Positions 12,397 through 23,799 of a stretch of 64,000 bases of DNA are shown here, in pieces. This stretch comes from Eledone cirrhosa. Its lineage: Eukaryota. A program made the translations under genes and the position numbers. The notes under the pieces are model-generated. The model had not been told where the DNA came from. It did not search any database and saw only the letters and a program-made list of their open reading frames with translations. The stretch covers positions 41,974,001 to 42,038,000 of the forward strand of contig OZ024744.1 in assembly GCA_964016885.1 (NCBI GenBank), written 5' to 3'. Every line of letters starts with the position of its first letter. Within the stretch, counting starts at the first letter, position 1.

Positions 12397-13210
12397 TCCC
12401 ACATCTCTCCTCTTCCGACCACCGCTTCTTGGATTACCCACACGCGTTTTGACTTCCAACCAAAATCTCCATACATCCGTGTAACTTACCACTTTCAACC
12501 ATCCTCTAACACCATCACCTATATAACTCACCCACACACACATCCCAAAACAAATTTTTTTATCCACACGCCACCCACACCCACAACACGCTTAAACCAC
12601 ACACACGTGCTTCCCACCACATATTTACACCCTCAGCCCCCTGATTCCTCTCCCCCCACCCCCTATCCACACACGCACAGACCCTCCGACACACAAAAAC
12701 ACCCCCCACACACACCTTCCTGAACATGCAACCCCGTTCTTCCCCCAACCCTCACTTTCACATACACACACACACACACACACGCACACCTAACCACACA
12801 CACCACCTTCAGCCCTCCCCGCTCGGACACCCCGTCTCCCTCTCCCCACTCCACCCGCCTCCACCTCTACTCACCCCACACCCTTCCACCACCTGTTTAC
12901 CCCCCTTTTAATTTCAGTATATTTTGATCATGCCTTTACTTTTAAATGTTCTCATTCCTTGTATTTTGATCATGCTTTATTTTTATTTATTATTTATTAT
13001 ATTTTTGTCTTTATTTGTTAATTTTTCATTCGCACCGTTTCCTTTCGCTATATGTCTCTCCACCACTCCCCTACACACCTTTTGAACTCTTACCTGAAGA
13101 AGGGCTTATGCCCGAAACGTCGTCCTCCACCTACCCCCCACTCTCCCGAGCGTGAATCTAATAAACAGTTGTCGTACTGCCTCTCTGTTCTGTCCCTGTT
13201 CAATTTTTTA
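12397..13210 (+). mobile_element. C-rich PLE-like 3' remnant between (TA)n tracts
   Basis: Ends with a minimal HHR and gcgtgaa.ctaataa; related sequence at 28430-28680. Confidence 0.5.
13092..13123 (+). ncRNA. Minimal type I hammerhead
   Basis: AC-CTGAAGA-a-GGGC(ttat)GCCC-GAAACGTC-GT; palindromic ACGT stem III; stem I only 2 bp. Confidence 0.6.
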
Positions 13211-13249
13211 TTATATATATATATATATATATATATAAAGAATGAATAA

Positions 13250-13438
13250 TTGTTTCTACGTTAGGCACAAGGCCAGCAATTACCCAGTGTATTACTGGCA
13301 CTTTATTTTATCGACCCCGTAAGGATGAAAGGCAAAGTTACCCTCGGCAGGATTTGAACTCAGAATAGCAAGGGCCGTAACTCTATGCGTCAAAGCATGG
13401 CGTCCGACCCTCTACCGATACTGCCAATCCACCGCGCT
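13250..13438 (-). mobile_element. SINE family A nested in the inverted terminus of PLE-3
   Basis: Target-site duplication gaatgaataa on both sides, duplicating PLE-3 sequence. Confidence 0.8.
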
Positions 13439-13483
13439 GAATGAATAACAGGTAGACATCATAAAAAGGTAATTTATTCCGTG

Positions 13484-13595
13484 TGCTTACAGGTGTTTCT
13501 ACGGTGGTGCTGCAGCCTAGTTATGCTATGTGCAAATTCACAAGTACTTGCAGAACTCAAATATCCAATGCTGTGACCACTGTTTCCTCAGAGCA
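13484..13595 (-). ncRNA. Long-stem-II hammerhead, inverted PLE-3 arm
   Basis: Reverse complement of 15354-15465 with two substitutions. Confidence 0.65.
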
Positions 13596-14090
13596 GAATG
13601 GTAAAATGTACAATGTAAATACCCTTAAGTGGGGTTGTTGGGGAAGATAGAGTAGAAAAGGAAGAGAGAAAAAAGTAGGGAAGAGGGAGAGAGAAAGAAA
13701 GATATGCAGGGGTTGGAGAAGTAGGAGAGAGTGGTTTGTAGATATCTTAATCAGAATGTTATGGTAGGGGTTTTATTATACTGGTTACTTTTGGAGAGAT
13801 GCGTTGATAGTTAAGGTCAGAATTATTTATTGCCCCAGAGGGCAGGTTCATAGATGTTGAGAGGGAGGTAGGCCAAAGGCGAGAGAGAGAGAGTGTAATG
13901 GATGTAGAGAGAGAGAGGTAGAGAGGGGACAGACGAAGTTTGTGTGGTGAGTGAACCTTGGGTTTGTAGTAGTAATCTAGGAATTGCACTGAGTTACCAT
14001 GTATAGTGATAAGCAGTGTATTGTCTTGTAGTGTGGGGGGAAGAGAAGGTTGTTAGCTAGAAAGCGGTGTTATAGTTACGGGTTCGAATG

Positions 14091-14795
14091 TTAAGTTATT
14101 TTATAGTGAGAGAATTTAGCTTTTAGTTTGTGGTTGCAGTATAATGATCGTTCAATTCTATCGTTAAGTAGTTTGTTTTTGGATTTTAATATGTAAAAGA
14201 GCTCAAGGTTACATAACCTGCAGTACTTCAATCCACTCCGATATGCACTTGCGCTGGAAAGTATATCCCATTTTAAGGTGAGCTGTTGGTTGTGTTCACG
14301 GAGTTGCCAGGCCTTGTTGGCGAGCGTGGTCACAAAACGGTGATTCGAATGTTTGATTGAGAATCGATGACGGTACCAGCGAGATTTAAACGATGTGGTG
14401 GTAGATCCGATATAATACCATTTATCGTCCTTCGATTCAACCGTGCATTGGTAAACAATGTTGGACTTTAGGCATTCATTCTTCAATAGACATCTTACAG
14501 GTAGATGGCAGTTACATGCTTTGTTGTGGGTAGCGGGTATACCATGGATAGGTTGTGATAGCGGTACAGGTGGGTTGTGCAATACCCGTCTCCCATTTAG
14601 TGGTTGGGAGGCAGATATTGCGTTCTGCCCATCTGTTACTAAAATATTTTGTTTTGTAGAGTTGTTTAATTGCCTTAAGTTAAGTTTTTTTATGTATGCT
14701 TCAAGGTTTGGTGCCGTGGAGTATGATAGTCTAATAGTTTTAGAATTCAGAATTTTGCTGTATTTACGGGAACTAGGGAAATGTTTGTTGATTAA
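14091..14795 (-). pseudogene. Inverted 5'-truncated PLE-3 GIY-YIG fragment
   Basis: Near-identical to the C-terminus of ORF 16783-18042. Confidence 0.9.
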
Positions 14796-15353
14796 AAAAA
14801 CAAACTACTTAACGATAGAATTGAACGATCATTATACTGCAACCACAAACTAAAAGCTAAATTCTCTCACTATAAAATAGCTTAACATTCGAACCCGTAA
14901 CTATAACACCGCTTTCTAGCTAACAACCTTCTCTTCCCCCCACACTACAAGACAATACACTGCTTATCACTATACATGGTAACTCAGTGCAATTCCTAGA
15001 TTACTACTACAAACCCAAAGTTCGCTCACCCCACAAACTTCGTCTGTCCCCTCTCTACCTCTCTCTCTACATCCATTACACTCTCTCTCTCTCGCCTTTG
15101 GCCTACCTCCCTCTCAACATCTATGAACCTGCCCTCTGGGGCAATAAATAATTCTGACCTTAACTATCAACGAATCTCTCCAAAAGTAACCAGTATATTA
15201 AAACCCCTACCATAACATTCTGATTAAGATATCTCCAACCCCTGCATATCTTTCTTTCTCTCTCCCTCTTCCCTACTTTTCTCTCTTCCTTTTCTACTCT
15301 ATCTTCCCCAACAATCCCACTTAAGGGTATTTACATTGTACATTTTACCATTC

Positions 15354-15465
15354 TGCTCTGAGGAAACAGTGGTCACAGCATTGGATATTTGAGTTCTGCA
15401 AGTACTTGTGAATTTGCACATAGCATAACTAGGCTGCAGCACCACCGTGGAAACACTTGTAAGCA
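15354..15465 (+). ncRNA. Type I hammerhead with ~85-nt stem II insertion (PLE-3 5' pLTR)
   Basis: TGCT-CTGAGGA-a-acagtggt...accaccgt-g-GAAAC-actt-GTA-AGCA. Confidence 0.65.
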
Positions 15466-15709
15466 CACGAAATAAATTACCTTTTTATGATGTCTACCTG
15501 TTATTATTCATTCTTTATATACACTCCGGAATACAGAGGATCAGGAACTAAGTTTCTTCAACAATTCTTCCATAACTCGTAGAGTAACCTCTTACCGTAC
15601 GTCAACCATATCCAGTGTAGTAATTAACCATTACTACATCTTGGATAATCCTATACCTAATAATCGCCTCCTACACAGTTGAGCAACCACACCGACACAT
15701 GGCATTAAT

Positions 15710-18042
15710 ATGGAAAGGCATCATATAGGTATGTCTCTTAAAAACATACCTATACCTAACAAAATGGAATATATTCTTAGTATGATTCAACGCAATAACA
15801 ACTTCATTCGGCGTGTACGATGGAAAGCTTTCCATTTCGATAAAGGACGCGCCAATCACTAGTCTGAATCATATGGTTTTAAATCATGTAAAAACTCACC
15901 TACAAACCCTCATATCGATGCTTTCGAACAGGATCTAATGAAAACGACCATGAACATTAAGTTCAACAAACATAGAAATAATGAGCTGCAGAACAACATG
16001 AAAACACTACTCCGAAGATTGCAAAATACCAATGGAATTGTTGTGAAAGCTGACAAGACTTCTAACGTGTATACCATGGATATCGATACGTACAATAACT
16101 TCATACGCAACGAACTACACAAAAAATATAGAAAAACAAATGAAATTACGCTAGCAAATATTAACAACGAGGCATATAAAGTGGTGAAGAATCTCAAAAT
16201 AGACGATAGAACCGAGCCGATTATACCCGCTACCCCCACCTTCAACCTGAAGGACCATAAGGTAAATTTTGACTCTAACCCTAAGATCAGACTTATATGC
16301 CCTTCTAAATCAGACATAGGGAAAATTAGCAAACATATACTTGACAGAGTAATAACTCAAGTGAAAAAGAAAATTGAAATTAAACTATGGGGCAACACTA
16401 GCGAAGCAATTCGCTGGTTTAATAATGTTAAGAATAAGAATAAATCTAAGTTTATACAATTTGACATAGACGAATACTACTCTTCCATCTCACCAAGCAC
16501 TTTACGTAAGGCCCTATCGTTTGCTAAGGCCAATTCCGACCTAACGGAGGACGAAATTAATATTATTCTCGAGGCTAGAAAAACCATTATTAAGTTCGAT
16601 AACTGCTACTGGGAACGTAAGGACAGACCCACAAATTTCGATATTACCATGGGTTCCAACGACTCGGTGGAGGTCACAGATCTCGTGGGAATTTACATAG
16701 CCCACATATTACATAGTAAATTTAGTAATCTACAGGGGGGGGGGGGATATACAGAGATGACAGGCTCTTATTAGTTAATAACTTGAGTAACCAAAATCTT
16801 GAAAGCCTACGGAAAAATATTAGAAAATCTTTTAGTGAACTGGGTCTAAAAATAACATACGAATACAATCTTAAAGTAGTAAACTTTCTGGACGTAACTC
16901 TTAATTTAAATACCGGACAGATACGACCCTTCCACAAGGTAAATGAGAACCTTACGTATATTAACTTTAACTCTAACCACCCAGTCTCCATGCTCAAATC
17001 AGTTCCCCGGAGTATTTCTCTTAGAATCTCTCGCCTATCGTCTAACTCTGATATTTTTAGTGAACACGCTGAATACTACAATAATGCATTAAGGAATGCT
17101 GACCACCCGGATACAATAGAATACATTGATAGGAATTTCCATAACACACATAGCTCTACACGAAATCAAGGAATGCGTAACCGGGGGATTAAAATACAAG
17201 CACACACACACAGTACTACCAGACATACTAATAATAGAAGATCACCACCAAATAAATCACGTTGTAGAAAGTATATCTGGTACAATCCTATTTTTAATGC
17301 CTCGATTAGTACAAAACTATCTCTTTCATTCTTTAAGTTAATCAACAAACATTTCTCTAGTTCCCATAAATACAGCAAAATTCTGAATTCTAAAACTATT
17401 AGACTATCATACTCCACGGCACCAAACCTTGAAGCATACATAAAAAAACTTAACTTAAGGCAATTAAACAACTCTACAAAACAAAATATTTTAGTAACAG
17501 ATGGGCAGAACGCAATATCTGCCTCCCAACCACTAAATGGGAGACGGGTATTACACAACCCACCTGTACCGCTATCACAACCGATCCATGGTATACCCGC
17601 TACCCACAACAAAGAATGTAACTGCCATCTACCTGAAAGATGTCCATTGAAGAATGAATGCCTAAAGTCCAACATTGTTTACCAATGCACGGTTGAATCG
17701 AAGGACCAGAAATGGTATTATATCGGATCTACCACCACATCGTTTAAATCTTGCTGGTACCGTCATCGATTCTCAATCAAACATTCGAATCACCGTTTTG
17801 TGACCACGCTCGCCAACAAGGCCTGGCAACTCCGTGAACACAACCAACAGTTCACCTTAAAATGGGATATACTTTCCAGCGCAAGTGCATATCGGAGTGG
17901 ATTGAAGTACTGCAGGTTATGTAACCTTGAGTTCTTTTACATATTAAAATCCAAAAACAAACTACTTAACGATAGAATTGAACGATCATTATACTCCAAC
18001 CACAAACTAAAAGCTAAATTCTCTCACTATAAAATAACTTAA
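15710..18042 (+). pseudogene. Full-length Naiad-type RT-GIY-YIG ORF with TAG at 15860 and frameshift in a poly-G run near 16740
   Basis: MERHHIGMSLKNIPIP..FIRRVRWKA..*..YGFKS..FEQDL; ADKT; LKDHK; FDIDEYY; FDITMGS; YRDD; CNC..CPLKNEC; IVY..YIGST; CRLC. Confidence 0.9.
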
Positions 18043-18536
18043 CATTCGAACCCGTAACTATAACACCGCTTTCTAGCTAACAACCTTCTCTTCCCCCCAC
18101 ACTACAATACAATACACTGCTTATCACTATACATGGTAACTCAGTGCAATTCCTAGATTACTACTACAAACCCAAAGTTCACTCACCGCACAAACTTCGT
18201 CTGTCCCCTCTCTACCTCTCTCTCTATACATCCATTACACTCTCTCTCTCTCTCGCCTTTGGCCTACCCCCCTCTCAACATCTATGAACCTGCCTCTGGG
18301 GCAATAAATAATTCTGACCTTAACTATCAACGAATCTCTCCAAAAGTAACCAGTATAATAAAACCCCTACCATAACATTCTGATTAAGATATCTACAAAC
18401 CACTCTCTCCTACTTTTCCAACCCCTGCATATCTTTCTTTCTCTCTCCCTCTTCCCTACTTTTCTCTCTTCCTTTTCTACTCTATCTTCCGCAACAACCC
18501 CACTTAAGGGTATTTACATTGTACATTTTACCATTC

Positions 18537-18648
18537 TGCTCTGAGGAAACAGTGGTCACAGCATTGGATATTTGAGTTCTGCAAGTACTTGTGAATTTGC
18601 ACATAGCATAACTAGGCTGCAGCACCACCGTGGAAACACTTGTAAGCA
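18537..18648 (+). ncRNA. Long-stem-II hammerhead (PLE-3 3' pLTR)
   Basis: Same architecture as 15354-15465. Confidence 0.65.
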
Positions 18649-18868
18649 CACGGAATAAATTACCTTTTTATGATGTCTACCTGTTATTATTCATTCTTTA
18701 TATACACTCCGGAATACAGAGGATCAGGAACTAAGTTTCTTCAACAATTCTTCCATAACTCGTAGAGTAACCTCTTACCGTACGTCAACCATATCCAGTG
18801 TAGTAATTAATCATTACTACATCTTGGATAATCCTATATATATATATATGTGTATATATATATATATA

Positions 18869-18939
<71 letters not shown>

Positions 18940-19589
18940 CAAGGAAACAACAAACGGAGGTACAAACAAGTCTCATTAGTTTCATGCTTTATATGGAAAA
19001 GGGGAAAGAAAGTTCGACTTGTTGGGCTTTAGCCCTTCTTAAGGAGTACTGAAATAGAGTCAGGATCACAATATATATATTACATGGATCGGCGAAACTG
19101 CAGTCGGGACTTTGAAGAAAAAAATAGGTATATCATTTTCTCATATTTTGTATATATATGCTAGCATGGAAGATGAACATAAAATGATGATGCAAAATAT
19201 AAAAGAGCGATCTTTGTTGTTTGGTTGTTTGGTTCCTTCGCATATCACACAAAAAACAAAACTGACAATCGAGAAGTAAGTACAGAAATGAAACAAGCAT
19301 ATACCCAGGAAGGTTTATTAATACTAATTTTATAACAAAGAAGAAAAACGTCCCGGGTATGCTAACCAACATGACTGCTATTTCTAGCAGGCTGGGGGGG
19401 GCAACCATAACTGATTCTTTTTGCCTAGTCAGAGAAGCTCGTGTTTCGTGACCAGCAACTCCAACTCAAACGTTGGTTTACACACACACATACACACACT
19501 CACATGCACACACACACACACATGTACACACACACACACAGACAATCACACACTGACACACATTTATAAACAATTATCTGCATCTATAT

Positions 19590-19928
19590 ATCATCATCAT
19601 CAGCATTTTATGTTCGCTTTTCCCTGCTTGCAAGGGTGGGACGGGAACTGATGCTGGCCTGCTTTCTACAGCTGGATGCCCTTCCTAACACCAACCTCAT
19701 TTACAGTGAGTGCTGGGTGCTTTTTTGCCGTGGCACCTCCACGACCACTTTGCAGTGGAATGATATGGACCCCAGTCCCTATCATCTCATTTCTACAGCT
19801 GAGTAAACTAGAGCAATGTGAAATAAAGTGTCTTGCTCAAGGAAACAACACATCACTCGGTCCGAGAATTGAACTCACAACCTTTCGATTGCAAGCCCAA
19901 TGCTCTAACCACTAAGCATGTGCCTCCA
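19590..19928 (-). mobile_element. tRNA-derived SINE with bipartite RTE-derived tail
   Basis: tRNA-like head, ccttgagcaagacactttatttcac, then ggtgttaggaagggcatcc and cccttgcaagcagggaaaagcg..(GAT)n matching the RTE at 27258-27320. Confidence 0.8.
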
Positions 19929-19942
19929 TATATATATAATTA

Positions 19943-20295
19943 TCTATATATATTTATAATATAAAAGATTGAAACCTCCATCATCTTTTGAGAAACCTGG
20001 ACCAGCCACATCTATGCATACGCTTAACAATCCGGCAGATGGTGAACTATCTCCTAGAGGTCACTATCAAGGAGAAAATGCATTTATTCCCAAGATTCCT
20101 CTCATCCCTTTCTCTACTGATCTGCTGTTCTAATTATCAAGACTTCAGTTCCCTGTTAGAGCCAGTTTTGCGATGACCATAAATAAAGCCCAGCTTCAGA
20201 GTCTCAAAGTTGTAGAATTGAATACAAGAGAATCGCTTTTTAGCCATGGGCAGTTATATGTAGGTTGTTCACGAGTAGGAACACATAGAAATCTT
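19943..20295 (+). mobile_element. Deleted Helitron fragment (Pif1-like helicase C-terminus)
   Basis: LRNLDQPHLC, IPKIPLIP, RLQFPVRASFAMTINKAQ.QSL, FSHGQLYVGCSRVG; probable A|TC 5' end. Confidence 0.8.
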
Positions 20296-20744
20296 CATAT
20301 ATTATGTGTAGCGCTCTCTAGACGGGAAGTAGCTGGAGTTACTTCCCGTTGAAATTTCCAGAACCTTCTTTGTGACTTCCGTCCAGGGAACTGTAAGGGA
20401 GAGAGCTGAAAGCTATCTTCCTCTCTTTTCACTTTTTGGCTGCCTGGCCTTCGGCTAGGCACGTTACGCCGAAGGTATACTCTCTCTTTGGCTCTTACCT
20501 TCGAACCGACAACACTGGAGATGAACATGTTAAACACGAGCTTGGATTAAACCTAAATATGCGTGAGGATATTTTGTGTACCACGATTATGACGGAGTTA
20601 AAATAAAATGAAGACTTGTATTCGATATGGTGTTTTGTAAATATATCTTATCCTTTTCTGTATAAAAATTAATAGTTATATTCTGGTGATATTTACTCAA
20701 GTAAATAATCCTGGGTCTGACAGAACACAAAAATGGTGGTGATG

Positions 20745-20908
20745 CTAGTCGTATGGATGTGATGAGCACCCAAGAGTCCTGATATTTCACGAAATAAGGA
20801 AGCCTCAAATTGGCGTCCACTATCCGTAGTTATTTTAGTAGGAACACCGAAACGAGCAATCCAATTGGAAATGAAAGCTCGGGCAACGGACTCTGCTGTT
20901 ATGTCCAT
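20745..20908 (-). pseudogene. Gypsy-type integrase core fragment
   Basis: DITAESVARAFISNWIARFGVPTKITTDSGRQFEASLF..HIHTT. Confidence 0.85.
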
Positions 20909-22587
20909 GAGTGTATGGCTTTAGGCTACCGAGAAAAAAATAATAGGATCTGGTGTTGTGTGAATATGGATAAAAGAAAATTAATTAGCAGTATTTAAAA
21001 AATATATATATTTAGAACAACGAACACGAGGTAATTTCAGAATGGCTACCGACAAATCCTGTCTACAATCAACTATCAACAAGATCAGCAGCAGCAACAC
21101 ATGGCTAAATACTAACCAACAACAGGGAATAGCGATGTCGCAGCTTTGTAACTTTACCGACGTACAGAAACACCAACTACTAAAAAGAAGGAAAAATTAT
21201 CTGCGATATCTCTACTGGCTCACCCAGACCACTTGTTCCAGATTGCCAGCTAAAGTAGAGGCGATTCAGCAATTAGCACCACCGACATCCTTGAAATCGT
21301 TGGACATGAACAGCATCATCATCAGCAGCAGCTACTGGTAAAACATTTACCACAACACCAACGGATTTCACAGCAACATAACAGAAGTGGTAGTTTCATA
21401 CCTTTACCGCCACCGCCAACAACAACTTTTATAACAATTAATGCAGGAACCGCAACTTTGAAAACATTTTGCTCATTTTCGCCCATGTCAGACTTTATTC
21501 GTTTTCTATTAGACCCCGAGTGGTCACGTTATGAATAGCAAACAGCTAGTCAATTGACACAGCGGCTTACATAACAAGCTCCTTAGCGCCTCATTCATAA
21601 TTTTCTTCTTGCATTCATTCATTCATCCTTTTGGTTGATGTGCTCTTTTTCAGTGTTTTCACACTGGTGACGTGTCCGAATTCACTTTTTGTTATTTTCA
21701 CCCTTCTGGTCTAAACAGGGGGTATTGTAGAAAAAGCTACTTGCCAGTAGACCGTACATTCCTCTGCTTAAAACTCTTAATTTTGTTTGTTACTGTTTGT
21801 TTGACATGTTATCTCAACTCAACTCAACTCTTTGTATTTGCTGATTTTAAACCTTCACACGTTCATTGCAAAAAGTTTTCACAATCTAAACAAAATAAAT
21901 TCAAGATGGCCGCCTTTTTCCCGCTTTTTGACTTTTTGATTTCATTATCGGCACCGCCATCTTTGCTTCTTCTTCAAATGCAGCCATCTGATTGGCTTAG
22001 CCTCGTCACACGACCATATCCTTGTTTTGGAAAAGAAATGCGATGCCATCTTGTTTCATAATGACTATCTCGAATCACAGATATTACCCTTCGGACTTTC
22101 GCTGCTATTCTTTGTACTGTAACTGAATTTCTTTTGCTTGCGGCAAATTTTGAGATGACATTTTTTTCTCTCTCCGCGAGACAGTAGCAACACCAACAAC
22201 GACAACACAGCTTCACCTTTGCTTTGTCAACAACCAAAACCAGCAGAAGAAACACAGAGAATTTATTTTTGCAGCACTCTTCCTGTGAGAAAATCCCACC
22301 GCCTTCGGAGGTTGGGAATTTCACGTTGTACTACAGTCCAGAAACCACCTGCATACATTCTCCGGAGGACACACTCTCTTTCCTGCTGTCATGTGCTTGC
22401 ATACCTGTGAACTTTATTCTGAACATTTGAACTTTTTTTTAATAACTATGTTCGAGCACGTTTCTTTGCTCCTTTGACCTCTTCTTTTAAGTTGATTACA
22501 TTGTATCTTTGTGTGATGGATAGATAGATGTCCAGTCGTTCTCTGGCCAAGAGCGGTTGGCTACCTTGATATCTATCATTAATTTTT

Positions 22588-22758
22588 GCGGTGGATTGGC
22601 AGTATCGGTAGAGAGTCGGACGCCATGCTTTCCAGCATAGTTACGTCCCTTTACGATCTGAGTTCAAATCCCGCCGAGGTTAACTTTGCCTTTCATCCTT
22701 ACGGCGTCGATAAAATAAAGTACCAGTAATGCACTTGTGCCTAAAGTAGAAACAATTA
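22588..22758 (+). mobile_element. SINE family A
   Basis: tggcagtatcgg A box, gagttcaaatccc B box, gcctttcatcctt central domain. Confidence 0.8.
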
Positions 22759-23029
22759 ATTTTTGCATGCTCATTTTGCTATTTGCTTGCTCATGTTTTA
22801 TTCATTCATGTTCTTGTACCTTTTGCCTTGCTCCTCGTGTTCTCGCTACAATGATTTCATTTGGTCATTCGACTTCTCGTCTGAGAGGGGAGTCTTGTAG
22901 CGCTCTGGAGTTACTTCCCGTTGAAATTTCCAGAACCTTCTTTGTGACTTCCGTCCAGGGAACTATAAGGGAGAGAGCTGATAGCTATCTTCCTCTCTTT
23001 TCACCTTTTGCATATATACATATATATAT

Positions 23030-23252
23030 ATCGACTGTCGATCGATTTTCGTCAAATTGGACCGAGGAAACAATGTTTCCATTGGTCTTTCCAATTGCTA
23101 ATACTCTCTATTGGTCACAACTCCAGGTAGAAGGAGCAACGTGAAATAGAGTGTTTTGCTCAAGGACATAACACATCGCCCTGTCCAGGAATCAAACTCA
23201 CAACCTCACGATTGCGAATCCTATTCTCTAACCACTCAGCCACGCACCTTCA
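23030..23252 (-). mobile_element. tRNA-derived SINE with hairpin-rich non-RTE tail
   Basis: A box tggctgagtgg, B box gtttgattcc, ccttgagcaaaacact; tail ggaaacattgtttcc...tcgatcga; (TA)n flanks. Confidence 0.75.
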
Positions 23253-23276
23253 CTGTTGATATATATATATATATAC

Positions 23277-23432
<156 letters not shown>

Positions 23433-23799
23433 TATGTATCAGCCATTATGTATCACGAGATTTCCGTTATATCTCTAGACGTGCTGAATGCTATCGATCA
23501 TTACTCTGTATGGATTTTATAAAGATATGTGTCATTTCTTCGTATCTACAAAATTATGTTCAAATGGTATGTGTAACAACAGTTTGTACGAAAAGTGGAA
23601 GCTGTTACGGCTCTCACCTTTCGTAAAGATGGCTGTATATTTGTTATTTATATTTGTGTGTATGTGACTTGCAACTGTGTTAAAAATTCTATGTATCAGC
23701 CATCACAGTTCTCACTTCCCACCCACTGCACCTCCAACACATTCGGTATACATGTCCGACGCTGTATGATAACCATTCCCTCGTGAATTCATCATAGAA

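Larger units (their letters stand above)
13232..18838 (+). mobile_element. Naiad-type PLE-3: inverted truncated copy, direct pseudo-LTR, full body and 3' pLTR with tail
   Basis: 13232-14795 is the reverse complement of the 3' part; 14797-15657 repeats at ~17953-18838; both ends join (TA)n. Confidence 0.9.
20307..23010 (+). mobile_element. Decayed, probably nested LTR retrotransposon remnants (Gypsy-like)
   Basis: Direct repeat starting TGTAGCGCTCT at 20307 and ~22896, the latter preceded by purine tract gagaggggag; pol motif PAKVEAIQQLAPPTSLKSL near 21245. Confidence 0.6.

Noticed and set aside
16734-16747. Programmed frameshift at the poly-G run
   Set aside because: A homopolymer indel or sequencing error is more likely; the copy has other lesions and PLE-1 is continuous at the equivalent site
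19013-19050. Minus-strand CTTAAGA-agggctaaagccc-aacaagtc as a functional hammerhead
   Set aside because: Both core halves are mutated; at most a relic of the 13092 family
23180-23252. tRNA gene
   Set aside because: A and B boxes lead into a SINE body with no complete cloverleaf
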